A stretch of DNA of 64,000 bases. It comes from a virus. Position 1 is the first letter of the stretch. Every line of letters begins with the position of its first letter. This document shows, piece by piece, positions 45,788 to 55,148 of this stretch. The position numbers and the translations under genes were made by a program. Below the pieces are notes generated by a model. It was not told the origin of the DNA, made no database searches, and saw only the letters and a list, made by a program, of their open reading frames with translations. The stretch is from the IMG/VR virus record IMGVR_UViG_3300022902_000004, positions 254,268 to 318,267 of that record; one strand, written 5' to 3'.

Positions 45788-46420
45788 TCACAGGCCTAGC
45801 TTCTTCAAGCGAGAGATTGTGTCCTTACTCTGTCCAGTTACATGCAGGATTGCGATTCCTCCTGCTTCCTGCCACTCCTTGATTGTTCGAGGTTTGTCGT
45901 CAATCAAAACATTCGGCACACCATCAGTTGTAGCGTAATTCTGCTTTGCAGCAGCCCTCGTGCAGATAACCTCCTTTGCTTCTGGGCTCAAATTCGAGCG
46001 GGCCCAGACGACCTTTCCAGATTCAGCAGAAGTGCCAGAGCGGTGAGAAATGCCAGCAGTAAGCAATCGAACAGTTCGGCCACGTGTGACCAGGAATGGC
46101 CAAAGCAACTCAACTCCGTCAGCCTGCTTTCCAAGTCCTGCGAACCATGCACCCGGGTCCCGGCCAATCAGGAAAAACATCAAATTACGAACCGACTTGT
46201 AATTCAAGTCATCCTCAGTCGATGTCCTGAAATCTGGACCCAGCTCCTTCAGCACCTTTCGGTATGCTCGTGCCTGCCCGACACTCAGGAACTCCTTCTC
46301 AACACTCGATGCGTTGTCCAAGAATTTATTCACATCGGCGATTGCAGTCGATACAAAATCAACGATCACTCCGTCCATGTCACAGTAAATATCAGACCTA
46401 GTATCCAGCTTCACACTCAT
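45788..46420 (-). CDS. HAD-superfamily 5'(3')-deoxyribonucleotidase-like protein
   Basis: CDMDGVIVDF motif I; ~210 aa. Confidence 0.65.
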   Translation of the reverse strand: MSVKLDTRSDIYCDMDGVIVDFVSTAIADVNKFLDNASSVEKEFLSVGQARAYRKVLKELGPDFRTSTEDDLNYKSVRNLMFFLIGRDPGAWFAGLGKQADGVELLWPFLVTRGRTVRLLTAGISHRSGTSAESGKVVWARSNLSPEAKEVICTRAAAKQNYATTDGVPNVLIDDKPRTIKEWQEAGGIAILHVTGQSKDTISRLKKLGL

Positions 46421-46468
46421 AAATTAACCTCTTATTGTATTATCATTGGCCACCATGGCCATTATTCT

Positions 46469-46957
46469 CTATCGTCGATGTGCTGCAAGTCGTTCAGAGA
46501 CAACCTTTGCACTCATTCCCTTTATCGGTCGTTCGCCGTACCCGGTGTGCCATTTGAAGTTTTTCGAAGGCTTTCCCCATCCCCGGGTGATGTCACCAAG
46601 CTGGGCAATCATGCCCCGGAGGTTCCTTGCTACAACTGTACCTTTGACACCTGGTTCTGACGTCCAAAGACCAGAAACCACCGGTGGGGTTGACCCACCC
46701 ATCCCATCGTAGCCACCTTGAGCACTTCGCTCAGTCAACTCGATTGTGACCGTGTCAGTCTGCGGATGATACCATACCTTGAAAAGTTCTGATGTACGTG
46801 AGTCTTGGCCAATGAACGAAACACACTCCCCGATCAATCGGTTGGTATCCCAATTCATCTTGATTGGCTCGATTCGGTTATATCGAACGTCATACGAATA
46901 CGACTCCGACAGCGCTCGCTTTACAACATTCCGCAATTTATTCTCAGTGATTTTCAT
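46469..46957 (-). CDS. hypothetical protein (162 aa)
   Basis: ORF between the nucleotidase and purA-like genes. Confidence 0.55.
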   Translation of the reverse strand: MKITENKLRNVVKRALSESYSYDVRYNRIEPIKMNWDTNRLIGECVSFIGQDSRTSELFKVWYHPQTDTVTIELTERSAQGGYDGMGGSTPPVVSGLWTSEPGVKGTVVARNLRGMIAQLGDITRGWGKPSKNFKWHTGYGERPIKGMSAKVVSERLAAHRR

Positions 46958-47030
46958 GTTTGTCCTACTGTTGCGTATAAATATTGAAGAGAAAGCTCTC
47001 CATTGTCGTTACATTAATATTATACCACGC

Positions 47031-47303
47031 TTAGAGACATCTTACACGATATAGGTTCTTAGCAAGCACTAATTTTAGGTTTCTTTCGTACTCAAACCGG
47101 CACCCGAGATTCCACGGGGTAAGATTGTACGATGTCCATTTCGGCCACTCAGATGACGAGCGTTTTTTCCCGGTCGACGTTGTACCGTTTGGTGCATTGA
47201 TCTTTGTAATCAATCGAGGAATAGCTCCACCTTCTTCTTCCGTCAGATAGGTGATAGAAACTAAGTCGCCCACCTCGAATTTTGAAATAGATGACTCGGC
47301 CAT
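47031..47303 (-). CDS. small beta-barrel-like protein (FEVGDLVSI, family A-like)
   Basis: Abuts the purA-like gene. Confidence 0.45.
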   Translation of the reverse strand: MAESSISKFEVGDLVSITYLTEEEGGAIPRLITKINAPNGTTSTGKKRSSSEWPKWTSYNLTPWNLGCRFEYERNLKLVLAKNLYRVRCL

Positions 47304-48320
47304 TTATATCTCCAAAGGTGATGCCGACCAAATGATCTCATTCAATGACTGACTGCATGATTGGCGCAAAAACTCCCCAACGATAAACTTGAAAGTGTGA
47401 AATTCCTTAATCACAGTAATGAGCTGCCCGTCCTTGTAAAGATTGAAGACACCGACCTCCTCGAAGACATCGCTTTTGTTCATTATCAACGTGTTGACAC
47501 CATTTACGTTTACTGCCTTGATAAGGTTGTCGACGTCCAGCCAATTTGTCTGTCGTGGACGTCCCGTAGTAGCTCCAAACTCGTTGCCAACCTTTTGCAG
47601 TTCATACAACGCAGGCTCTTTACCCTGAAACGCCTTGGCACCGACGTATGTTTCGTATGGCTTGGCCACACCGTACACCTTCTTGATTGCCTGCGGTGGG
47701 ATGCCCGCCATGACAGCTCCGGCGGTGGTGCAGGTTGCAGACGTGACGTATGGATAGTCTCCCCAGTCGACATCGAGATAGAAGCCTTGGGCTCCCTCCA
47801 TTAGGACATTGACATCGGCCTCATTTGTATGAAGTTCCTTGTATTCGTCAATCAAGTAAAGCCCGAGACGCCAGTCTTCCTCAGCACATGTGCCAACACG
47901 ACTGACCTTATCACGATACGCAGGACCATTCCCTGTCTTGGTCGTACCGATTCGGGATTCACCTGCTTCCTCTTCGACATGTTCGGGTGTCACCAAGTGT
48001 GCCTTTTCAGATACACGGAGAAGATCAACCATCTCAATTCCAGCAGCCGCAAGCTCAGATATTTCATTCATCAGCTTTTTGGTGTCGACAACACAGCCTC
48101 GACCAATAATCGATTTCAGCCCGCGGAACACACCGGCTGGCACCAGGTGGGTGACAAATTTCTTCCCTTCGTGGTAGATTGTGTGGCCTGCGTTGGAGCC
48201 TCCACTGAATCGCATGACATGGGTATAGTTTCCCTTCTTCGCCAGCGAATGAACAACCTTTCCTTTGCCGCAGTCGCCACTTTGGCAGTCTACAACAACA
48301 TCTGCTGATAGTTTACTCAT
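47304..48320 (-). CDS. purA: adenylosuccinate synthetase family protein, short archaeal-type (PurA or PurZ)
   Basis: QSGDCGKGKVV and GGSNAGHT P-loop signatures; TKTGNGPAY; YLDVDWGDYPYVTS; GTTGRPRQTNWLD. 338 aa. Confidence 0.85.
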   Translation of the reverse strand: MSKLSADVVVDCQSGDCGKGKVVHSLAKKGNYTHVMRFSGGSNAGHTIYHEGKKFVTHLVPAGVFRGLKSIIGRGCVVDTKKLMNEISELAAAGIEMVDLLRVSEKAHLVTPEHVEEEAGESRIGTTKTGNGPAYRDKVSRVGTCAEEDWRLGLYLIDEYKELHTNEADVNVLMEGAQGFYLDVDWGDYPYVTSATCTTAGAVMAGIPPQAIKKVYGVAKPYETYVGAKAFQGKEPALYELQKVGNEFGATTGRPRQTNWLDVDNLIKAVNVNGVNTLIMNKSDVFEEVGVFNLYKDGQLITVIKEFHTFKFIVGEFLRQSCSQSLNEIIWSASPLEI

Positions 48321-48328
48321 TTTTTCCT

Positions 48329-49213
48329 TTATAAGATTTGTTTGAAATCGTTTATGTCAATTTGTTTTTTCGCGTTTCGCTTGTTTATAATAAAACAAAA
48401 CGTTTTGTTGTTCAGTTTACAATAATCTGTTGCCGCGGCGTTCTTTGCCATGACTTTATCTTTTTGTTTGTCATACCAATATGTGCTTTTTATTTCGACA
48501 AGCTTATTTCCATTTGTTGTTTCAACTTCAAAATCTACAAAATAATGATGAATGGTACCATTATATGCGTATTTTATTGTCGGCCCATTATGGACACGAA
48601 TATTATTACTTTCACAAAATTGAACAAATTTTTGTTCATATGATCCTTGCACCGCAATCGTGTCATCAAATTTTGTAACATAGCGTTTTGACAATGCCCG
48701 GCCACCTCCATTGCATGCTGCCCGATTTGCTATTTCATTATCATGCATTACATTTTCAACGCCATATCGTTCCATAACGACCTTTTTTATTTTTTCTTTG
48801 ATTTCTTGAGACTGTCCGGGATATTCTACACCGTAATTTTTTAGCATTGTTTGCTTTTTCTTTTCTTTGACTTCTTGAGCCTGTGATGGGTTTTCAACAC
48901 CATACTTTTCTAAATTGCTAGCAATGATTCTTTTTTTGATTTGTTTTGCAGCAAAGACATTCTTAACGCCATATCGGTCTAAAGTCGTTTGCTTTCTTTT
49001 CTCGTTAGCTTGACTTGCTTTCGCCTTAATCGACTTTCCTGATCTTTGGCGGCGTCCTGGGTTTGCATCGCAGCACGCTCGCGAGCAAAAATGATAATTT
49101 GCGCTCATACAAGCTTTTCTATACATTCTTTTGAATTTTATGTTGCATGTTTCACATTGCAGTAGCAATGTACGTTTTGGTGGGGCAGTCTTGTGTAGTA
49201 TTTTTATGAACAT
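48329..49213 (-). CDS. homing-endonuclease-like protein: zinc ribbon, tandem YGVxNP repeats, PD-(D/E)xK-like C-terminus
   Basis: Repeats YGVKNVFAAK, YGVENPSQAQ, YGVEYPGQSQ, YGVENVMHD. HYFVDFEVETTNGNKLVEIKS. Strongly AT-rich island. Confidence 0.65.
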   Translation of the reverse strand: MFIKILHKTAPPKRTLLLQCETCNIKFKRMYRKACMSANYHFCSRACCDANPGRRQRSGKSIKAKASQANEKRKQTTLDRYGVKNVFAAKQIKKRIIASNLEKYGVENPSQAQEVKEKKKQTMLKNYGVEYPGQSQEIKEKIKKVVMERYGVENVMHDNEIANRAACNGGGRALSKRYVTKFDDTIAVQGSYEQKFVQFCESNNIRVHNGPTIKYAYNGTIHHYFVDFEVETTNGNKLVEIKSTYWYDKQKDKVMAKNAAATDYCKLNNKTFCFIINKRNAKKQIDINDFKQIL

Positions 49214-49299
49214 GATTATAAATATCTAGGTAAACAAAAAACCACAATCGCCGTATTGGCAATCTACAACAATATCAGCCGTCAACATTTATAGGGCTC

Positions 49300-49830
49300 C
49301 TAAGCTTTGTCGCGGGATCCGTACCGCATGAGAACATTGTACTCGTTTGTCTTTCCAATCCGTGAAAAAATGAGCGGGATATAAATCCAGATCTTCTTAT
49401 CCTTCCACTTTTCTTTGAGCTCTGGGATGATTGCGTCTTTCAATCGCTGGCCAAATTCAATGTCAGCCACCGGCTGACCGCTCGATAGTTGTTGTGCAAT
49501 GTCATCGTTTGTTGGTCCCTGGACTGTTGCGGTCAACGTGTGCGTTAATGCGACGACCGCGTCGCCATCATCAGGAAGTGCCGCCGGAAGCGTCATAATA
49601 TCCCAGTCAAGATCAAGGTCGCGGAAGACTCTTGTAATCGCTGGAAAGACGATGTCAACAGACTCAGGAGTCCACGTGCGGGGTTTCTCCTTTGGAGGGT
49701 GGCCTGTACTCATAAGCGCATACTTCGCCTGGTTTTCCAGGAGATTCGCTGTCAAATACGCTCGTTTCTCCTCCAATCCTTGAAGCAACCCTGTCTTACT
49801 CCATTTTTCCACAATTCCTTCACGCGTCAT
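49300..49830 (-). CDS. hypothetical protein (176 aa)
   Basis: ORF chain. Confidence 0.55.
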   Translation of the reverse strand: MTREGIVEKWSKTGLLQGLEEKRAYLTANLLENQAKYALMSTGHPPKEKPRTWTPESVDIVFPAITRVFRDLDLDWDIMTLPAALPDDGDAVVALTHTLTATVQGPTNDDIAQQLSSGQPVADIEFGQRLKDAIIPELKEKWKDKKIWIYIPLIFSRIGKTNEYNVLMRYGSRDKA

Positions 49831-50104
49831 TATGTTTTGCCTCTGTTGTAATCATTGCCAGAATAACTTTCGCGATCTCACCTGTCAGAATGTCTTCAGC
49901 TTTCTTGACACCTAAAATTGCTGAGTCATCCATCAGTTGCTCAGTGTCCCAATGGAAGTCCACTTTGCGCCCATCGAGGTACAGTTTCCTGTATCCCTTG
50001 AACGTGGCGGAATCAAACATAACCGGCGACAGGCGCAAACGTCCTCGATCGATCCCGGCGACGTATGCAATTGCCTGCATGGCATCTTCAAATTTCTCTT
50101 TCAT
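49820..50104 (-). CDS. hypothetical protein (94 aa)
   Basis: ORF chain. Confidence 0.5.
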   Translation of the reverse strand: MKEKFEDAMQAIAYVAGIDRGRLRLSPVMFDSATFKGYRKLYLDGRKVDFHWDTEQLMDDSAILGVKKAEDILTGEIAKVILAMITTEAKHNDA

Positions 50105-50580
50105 TACTTTACCCCTTTTGGTTTGCGCATTGGTGCGATTTTGATGTTGTTGAACTTGCAGAAGTAGAGAATGTGTTCGTACATTTCAGTGCTGCTATTC
50201 ACACCCCAATCGGTATTCTCATCAATGATATCCTTTTCATGCGGCGCGCCGTAAGTGAACACCGAATCATATGCCTTCAATGCAATATCGAGATAATAAT
50301 CGTAGTCATCCCATTCTTGTTCTGTGTCTTTGATCCATTGAATCTTTTCATCAAGAGCCTTTTTGTTGTTTTGAACGCTGTGAGACCATACCCACTTTTG
50401 TGGAGCATCCTGATAAAAACGATATACACCTAGAAGTGTGGGATGTTTCGGGTTTGGTCTGATGGAGAAAGCTTTCGTACTGAATAAAGCTGACTCATCT
50501 TGAATCACAACGATTCGCTTTTTGGCAGCCTCAATGAGCTCCTCGAGCTCCAACACACCCAGGTTTGAAATGTCAGTCAT
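50104..50580 (-). CDS. hypothetical protein (158 aa)
   Basis: ORF chain. Confidence 0.55.
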   Translation of the reverse strand: MTDISNLGVLELEELIEAAKKRIVVIQDESALFSTKAFSIRPNPKHPTLLGVYRFYQDAPQKWVWSHSVQNNKKALDEKIQWIKDTEQEWDDYDYYLDIALKAYDSVFTYGAPHEKDIIDENTDWGVNSSTEMYEHILYFCKFNNIKIAPMRKPKGVK

Positions 50581-50863
50581 TTTCTAGCATGTCCTTGAAG
50601 CCTTGAATGCTCCTTTTCAGCATTCCCTCGAGCTTCTCGTCAGTTGCAAACACCGGGTAAACACATTCAATTCGTGTCTCAGATTCAACTGGAATAATCA
50701 CCGTAATGATTTCACCACAATCAGGTCCGGTGGGTTCGGATGTTTGCCCGGTTTGTTCCTTAAAGTAGTTTTGGGCATTTTCAAGGTAATTATGACGATC
50801 ACCAAAGGCGACTTTGCGAGTGTCCAAGTAGATTGCCAAAATCAATAGCTTATTCATTTCCAT
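50573..50863 (-). CDS. hypothetical protein
   Basis: ORF chain. Confidence 0.5.
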   Translation of the reverse strand: MEMNKLLILAIYLDTRKVAFGDRHNYLENAQNYFKEQTGQTSEPTGPDCGEIITVIIPVESETRIECVYPVFATDEKLEGMLKRSIQGFKDMLEND

Positions 50864-51131
50864 TCCTCAATTTTTCGTAGTTTTTGATGCATGATGCCTC
50901 TGACAATTCATTTGGTAGCCATGCTTTATCGAAGTACCTGTCACGTTGGATACCGAGCTCATCAATGTAAACGTAGCCTAGGTTGTTAGGGTACAGGAAG
51001 TACACACCCGGAAGCAACCCCTTTGGAAGCTCGTCCTCATGAAATGATCCTTGGAACTTCACCGGCTGACCGTTGTACGTCTTTGGTGGCTGCCCAAAGA
51101 TTGACGCGATTTCTAGGTTCACATAGCTCAT
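50850..51131 (-). CDS. hypothetical protein (93 aa)
   Basis: ORF chain. Confidence 0.5.
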   Translation of the reverse strand: MSYVNLEIASIFGQPPKTYNGQPVKFQGSFHEDELPKGLLPGVYFLYPNNLGYVYIDELGIQRDRYFDKAWLPNELSEASCIKNYEKLRNGNE

Positions 51132-51162
51132 GTATTTATTCTATGAAAAAGGGTTGTGGTGT

Positions 51163-51381
51163 TCACTTATGACGATTGATAAGGGAGAGCTCGCAAGCCA
51201 TTCGGGTGGCATTGCAATCTGCAAACATAATGCAAACAACATCTTTATCATCACACACCCGTGTGACTATGCCGGGATGAAGGTCAGACTGTTCAAACTC
51301 TGTTTGCCAGCCATGCCGTGCTTCACGGGCGTTGATAAGATCCCCAACCTCAAAGATAAAATTCGGTGCTTCTGTTTTCAT
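51163..51381 (-). CDS. small beta-barrel-like protein (FIFEVGDLINA)
   Basis: Trimmed to MKTEAPNF with a GGAAAAGG RBS. Confidence 0.45.
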   Translation of the reverse strand: MKTEAPNFIFEVGDLINAREARHGWQTEFEQSDLHPGIVTRVCDDKDVVCIMFADCNATRMACELSLINRHK

Positions 51382-51556
51382 AAAACCTTTTCCATGCGCT
51401 TTCAAACAGGAAATGACAAGTGGCAAGGACGGCATGCAATGCCATTGTCATTCCTGTGCTTTCTTTGATGTTCCCAGTGACTAGGTAAATGACCAGCAAC
51501 GTAATGGAAACCGATATGCACCTCCACAGTATTACTTTGATCAATGTACCTTTCAT
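51350..51556 (-). CDS. small membrane protein
   Basis: 2 TM; directly downstream of nadV. Confidence 0.45.
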   Translation of the reverse strand: MKGTLIKVILWRCISVSITLLVIYLVTGNIKESTGMTMALHAVLATCHFLFESAWKRFYENRSTEFYL

Positions 51557-51557
51557 G

Positions 51558-52967
51558 TTAACCCCACGTGTTCTTGCGGACTTCGTCCAGCGTGTAATCC
51601 TGTGTCACCTCACCATCCTCAAACACCGTCTCGAGCAGGTCAGCATCTGATGCCGAAGACTCCGGAACGGTCATGATTTTATTTCCGTCTCTACCTGTCA
51701 TTGCAACCAAGGCATGTCGGCCCGGCTTCGAGCGCTTACCTGGAGCATCAATCGGATCCTTGAACACGTCTCGGCCTTCACCATTTACGCTAATCCAAGA
51801 ACACTTGAATGCAAACTTCTGGGTGTCACGGTTCATCTTCTGGAGCAAGGCTCCTCCTGACCCGAATGCGATATTATCGGCACTCCAACCAGCAGCCATG
51901 ATTGCATCAAGAATCTGGGAAATCACAAAGCGGTCAACTCCATCCCCTTGGATGATACGCACGTGAGGATCTAAGACCTTGTAACCTTTCTTGTTGGTGG
52001 TAAATCCAAAGGCCTCCCCAAGACGCTCCAGACACTCCAGGACAACACTCTGTGGGTCTCCTGAGTCCGGCCGTACGACCAGCGTTCCATCTCGAGCCAG
52101 GATTTCTGCTTTCAGTTCCTGACCCCACAATTCTGAGCACGCTTTGTAAATGTCGTAGCTATCTGAAACGCATGCAACCAGTCCGGTTGGGTATTGCTCC
52201 AGCATGTTTCGAAAGGCATTGACCTCGCCTTCCTTTCCCCACGATGTAATTGTCGAGTGCTCACTGGCTGGAATGCTGAATCCTGCCATTTGAGTGTTGT
52301 AGTGGTTCCTGGCCAATACCAAGGCTGCCACCGTATCTGTTCCCATGAAGTTGACAAGGTGACCGAAGCCACCGATGCCTGCAGTTTCAACAGACGACAC
52401 ACCACGGAAACCGAAGTCGTGCAGTTTGAAGTAGATGCCTGCTGGTGTTCCGGATTTCTCCAGTGCCGCAGCAATAATCAACCGGCTGGCCCGACTAATC
52501 GTTGCCACGGTGCACGGGTACCAAACCTGAACCAGCAAGGTCTCGAGGTAATTGGTCAACCACCAACACTTCGGGTCTGTATTCTCAATCGTCAACATCA
52601 CGTTGTGGGTCGGAACAACTGTTCCTTCCCTGACCGCTTTGATTCTGACGGGCAACCGCCCATCATGCTCATTGAGAATGTGCTCCCAGCCTTCTCGGTT
52701 GAAACACGTATCGTTGCCGAAATGCAGATGGAAGAATTCCTCTGCTTCGTCGATGCGTTCCTGTGTTACGACCTGTCCCTCGAGGTATTCCTGCAAGAAG
52801 TACTGCAGTCCCACGAAGACAACATCGTCGAATTCACCGCCGCGACTCTCAAAGTAGGAGTAAACGGTCTCAGTTCCCTCAGGATATTGCTTGGAATGTG
52901 ATACCTTGTATGAATCTGTCATCAAGATAATGTTTTTTGGATCGATGTTCTTGTTGTAGTAGCTCAT
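51558..52967 (-). CDS. nadV: nicotinamide phosphoribosyltransferase (NAMPT)
   Basis: 469 aa with NAPRTase-family motifs (GTDTVA..., FGFRGVSS). AAGAGGTGAAAGC RBS. Confidence 0.85.
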   Translation of the reverse strand: MSYYNKNIDPKNIILMTDSYKVSHSKQYPEGTETVYSYFESRGGEFDDVVFVGLQYFLQEYLEGQVVTQERIDEAEEFFHLHFGNDTCFNREGWEHILNEHDGRLPVRIKAVREGTVVPTHNVMLTIENTDPKCWWLTNYLETLLVQVWYPCTVATISRASRLIIAAALEKSGTPAGIYFKLHDFGFRGVSSVETAGIGGFGHLVNFMGTDTVAALVLARNHYNTQMAGFSIPASEHSTITSWGKEGEVNAFRNMLEQYPTGLVACVSDSYDIYKACSELWGQELKAEILARDGTLVVRPDSGDPQSVVLECLERLGEAFGFTTNKKGYKVLDPHVRIIQGDGVDRFVISQILDAIMAAGWSADNIAFGSGGALLQKMNRDTQKFAFKCSWISVNGEGRDVFKDPIDAPGKRSKPGRHALVAMTGRDGNKIMTVPESSASDADLLETVFEDGEVTQDYTLDEVRKNTWG

Positions 52968-53968
52968 GCTTTCACCTCTTTCTTCGATGTGATCTTCACT
53001 TTCTTCGGGGACAGTCTTGTACGTTCCTTTGGCATGTTTTTTTCAATGTGCTCCACTAGTGCATTGCAAAGCGGAACGTGCTCATCGCAAACGAAATTTG
53101 AAATCGTTGACGGCAAAACATCCAGTCCACACTTAAGCCTTTCGATTTTGACCCATTCGACTTCGTACAAATCATCTGTCGCCTCAATGGGTCCCCACAA
53201 GTACACACCGGTGAAAAACACAGTCGTGATTTTATCCTGACGTCTTCGATAGCGCCAGTCGTCGATAACGAAAGAGCCAATGTATTTGAGTGGCTTGCTC
53301 ACCTCAATGTTCCCACCGGTTTCCTCGTTGAATTCTCGGAGAGCTCCTTGCTCATGGGTTTCTCCGGGCTGCAAAAAGCCGCCAGGGAACCGTAGCTTGG
53401 CACCTTCATACTTACGACCCATCAAGACTTCATTCGTCTTGTAGTTGATGACAGCCATGTCGGTCGTGCCATACGCAGTCGGGTAACGATTGTATGAACC
53501 GTAAATGACACCGCGGCGGAAGTCGATTGAACCGTTGGCACGTAGTGCTGCTTCGGCTCGAACCTGTGTTCCGCTGATGTAAATCTTCTGCTCCAACTCA
53601 ACGGTTGGGAAGACACCATGGTATCGCAACATGAAGCTGTCTCGGCTACCGTAAAGGGTAACATCTCCAACAGGACACACTTCTCGAATCTTCTTGTCTA
53701 AGAGGGCAGACCAGGGCTTGTCGAATTCTTGGTCTGAAATTGGTAGAACAATAATCTCAGGGTACTTTTCCTGAATCATCTTTTTTCGTAGATCGTAATC
53801 CAGTGGATTCCTTTTGTCTCCCAAACCGGGACAAATCCCGAGGAACACGATCACTTTGTTGTGGGTCTCAGCCACTTCATCCAGAACACCAACGTGTCCT
53901 GCATGCAACTCCGGAATCTGAAATCTCCCGACCACGACTCCAATCTCACGCTTTTTATTATCACTCAT
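52964..53968 (-). CDS. natV: bifunctional NMN adenylyltransferase / Nudix ADP-ribose pyrophosphatase
   Basis: N-terminal GRFQIPELHAGH nucleotidyltransferase motif; C-terminal Nudix box GGFLQPGETHEQGALREFNEETG. ATGA overlap with nadV. Confidence 0.85.
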   Translation of the reverse strand: MSDNKKREIGVVVGRFQIPELHAGHVGVLDEVAETHNKVIVFLGICPGLGDKRNPLDYDLRKKMIQEKYPEIIVLPISDQEFDKPWSALLDKKIREVCPVGDVTLYGSRDSFMLRYHGVFPTVELEQKIYISGTQVRAEAALRANGSIDFRRGVIYGSYNRYPTAYGTTDMAVINYKTNEVLMGRKYEGAKLRFPGGFLQPGETHEQGALREFNEETGGNIEVSKPLKYIGSFVIDDWRYRRRQDKITTVFFTGVYLWGPIEATDDLYEVEWVKIERLKCGLDVLPSTISNFVCDEHVPLCNALVEHIEKNMPKERTRLSPKKVKITSKKEVKA

Positions 53969-54112
53969 TTATACACTCTTCCTTGCTAGGACCACAATCA
54001 ACCTAAGCCTCCCGGCTGTGATTATGATGTTTCGCTGTTTGCCTCCCGGCATTTACGAGAACCCCTTGTCCTCATGATCTAATTATACCCGCCACCATGG
54101 CGATGTACAAAA

Positions 54113-55147
54113 CTATGCTCCGTGCGGTTTATTCTCCTGCTGAGTTGCAGATGAAACCTTCACAAACTCGTGGCGTTCATACAACTCCGGTACTGTTCGT
54201 GCTCCTGAGTATGACAGGCCACTTCGAATCCGCGCCGCGAAGGGTTTCATTACACTAGCAACAGATCCCTTTGGATCAATCATCGCTGTGGTACCTTCAA
54301 TGTATTGTGGGTCCTTGTCACCAGGCTTCTTACGGCGATGCTGGGCAACATTAGATGCCATACCTTCATACGCGATCTTGCCATTCCATGTTCCACCGTT
54401 TGGGCACTCATTCGTTCCTGCGAGAACAGATCCAAGCATCACAAAGCTTGCACCGGCGGCGAGGGCCTTTACAGCGTCACCACTGTTTCGAATGCCACCG
54501 TCTGCAATAATGGGTGCCTCGCTGCGGGATATTTTGACACGACAAACAGACTCAAGCGTCGGCAACCCGTGACCGGTTACAACCCGAGTGGTGCAAACAC
54601 TTCCTCCACCGATGCCAACACGAACCATATCAGCACCTGCTTCATAAAGAAACTCAGCACCAGCTGCTGTGGCAACGTTGCCAGCAATGATCAGAATTTT
54701 ATCACCAAACTCATCCCGTAATCGGTGAATTGCGTCTTTAACATTCTTATGATGTCCATGGGCTACATCGATTAGGAAAATCTTTGTCCCACATAATTCG
54801 TATGCTGCTTTGGCACGTACAAAAAAGTCCCCTGTCGCGCCAATTGCAACTCCGTATAGCGGAGCAGTCACTTTGCGAATGATGTCTAGCTGTTCCTCAA
54901 CGGTATTGTAACGATGGATAATACCCATCCCACCGCAATCACCCAAGGCATTGCACATCTCGTCTTCACAAATCGTTGTCATCGGCGCCGCAATGACGGG
55001 AAGATACAAATAACCAAACCCTCGAGGCAGGCCAGCACCAATCACAATGTCATCCCTCGAGGGGATCGATGATTTGCGTGGTACCAGAAGTACATCATCA
55101 AAACAAATTGTGTCATACGCAAATGCGTTATGTGCATATCGTGTCAT
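54113..55147 (-). CDS. GMP reductase / IMP dehydrogenase family protein lacking CBS domains (GuaC-like)
   Basis: FDDVLLVP and GIGGGSVCTTR catalytic loop. ~344 aa, trimmed to MTRYAHNAF with a GGAG RBS. Confidence 0.75.
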   Translation of the reverse strand: MTRYAHNAFAYDTICFDDVLLVPRKSSIPSRDDIVIGAGLPRGFGYLYLPVIAAPMTTICEDEMCNALGDCGGMGIIHRYNTVEEQLDIIRKVTAPLYGVAIGATGDFFVRAKAAYELCGTKIFLIDVAHGHHKNVKDAIHRLRDEFGDKILIIAGNVATAAGAEFLYEAGADMVRVGIGGGSVCTTRVVTGHGLPTLESVCRVKISRSEAPIIADGGIRNSGDAVKALAAGASFVMLGSVLAGTNECPNGGTWNGKIAYEGMASNVAQHRRKKPGDKDPQYIEGTTAMIDPKGSVASVMKPFAARIRSGLSYSGARTVPELYERHEFVKVSSATQQENKPHGA

Positions 55148-55148
55148 A

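Noticed and set aside
49214-49299. T4-style GTTTAC...TATAAT early promoter upstream of the PD-(D/E)xK HE-like gene
   Set aside because: The -35/-10 spacing is only ~9 nt, so it is not a functional sigma70 promoter as written. Noted as AT-rich HEG-associated sequence only.
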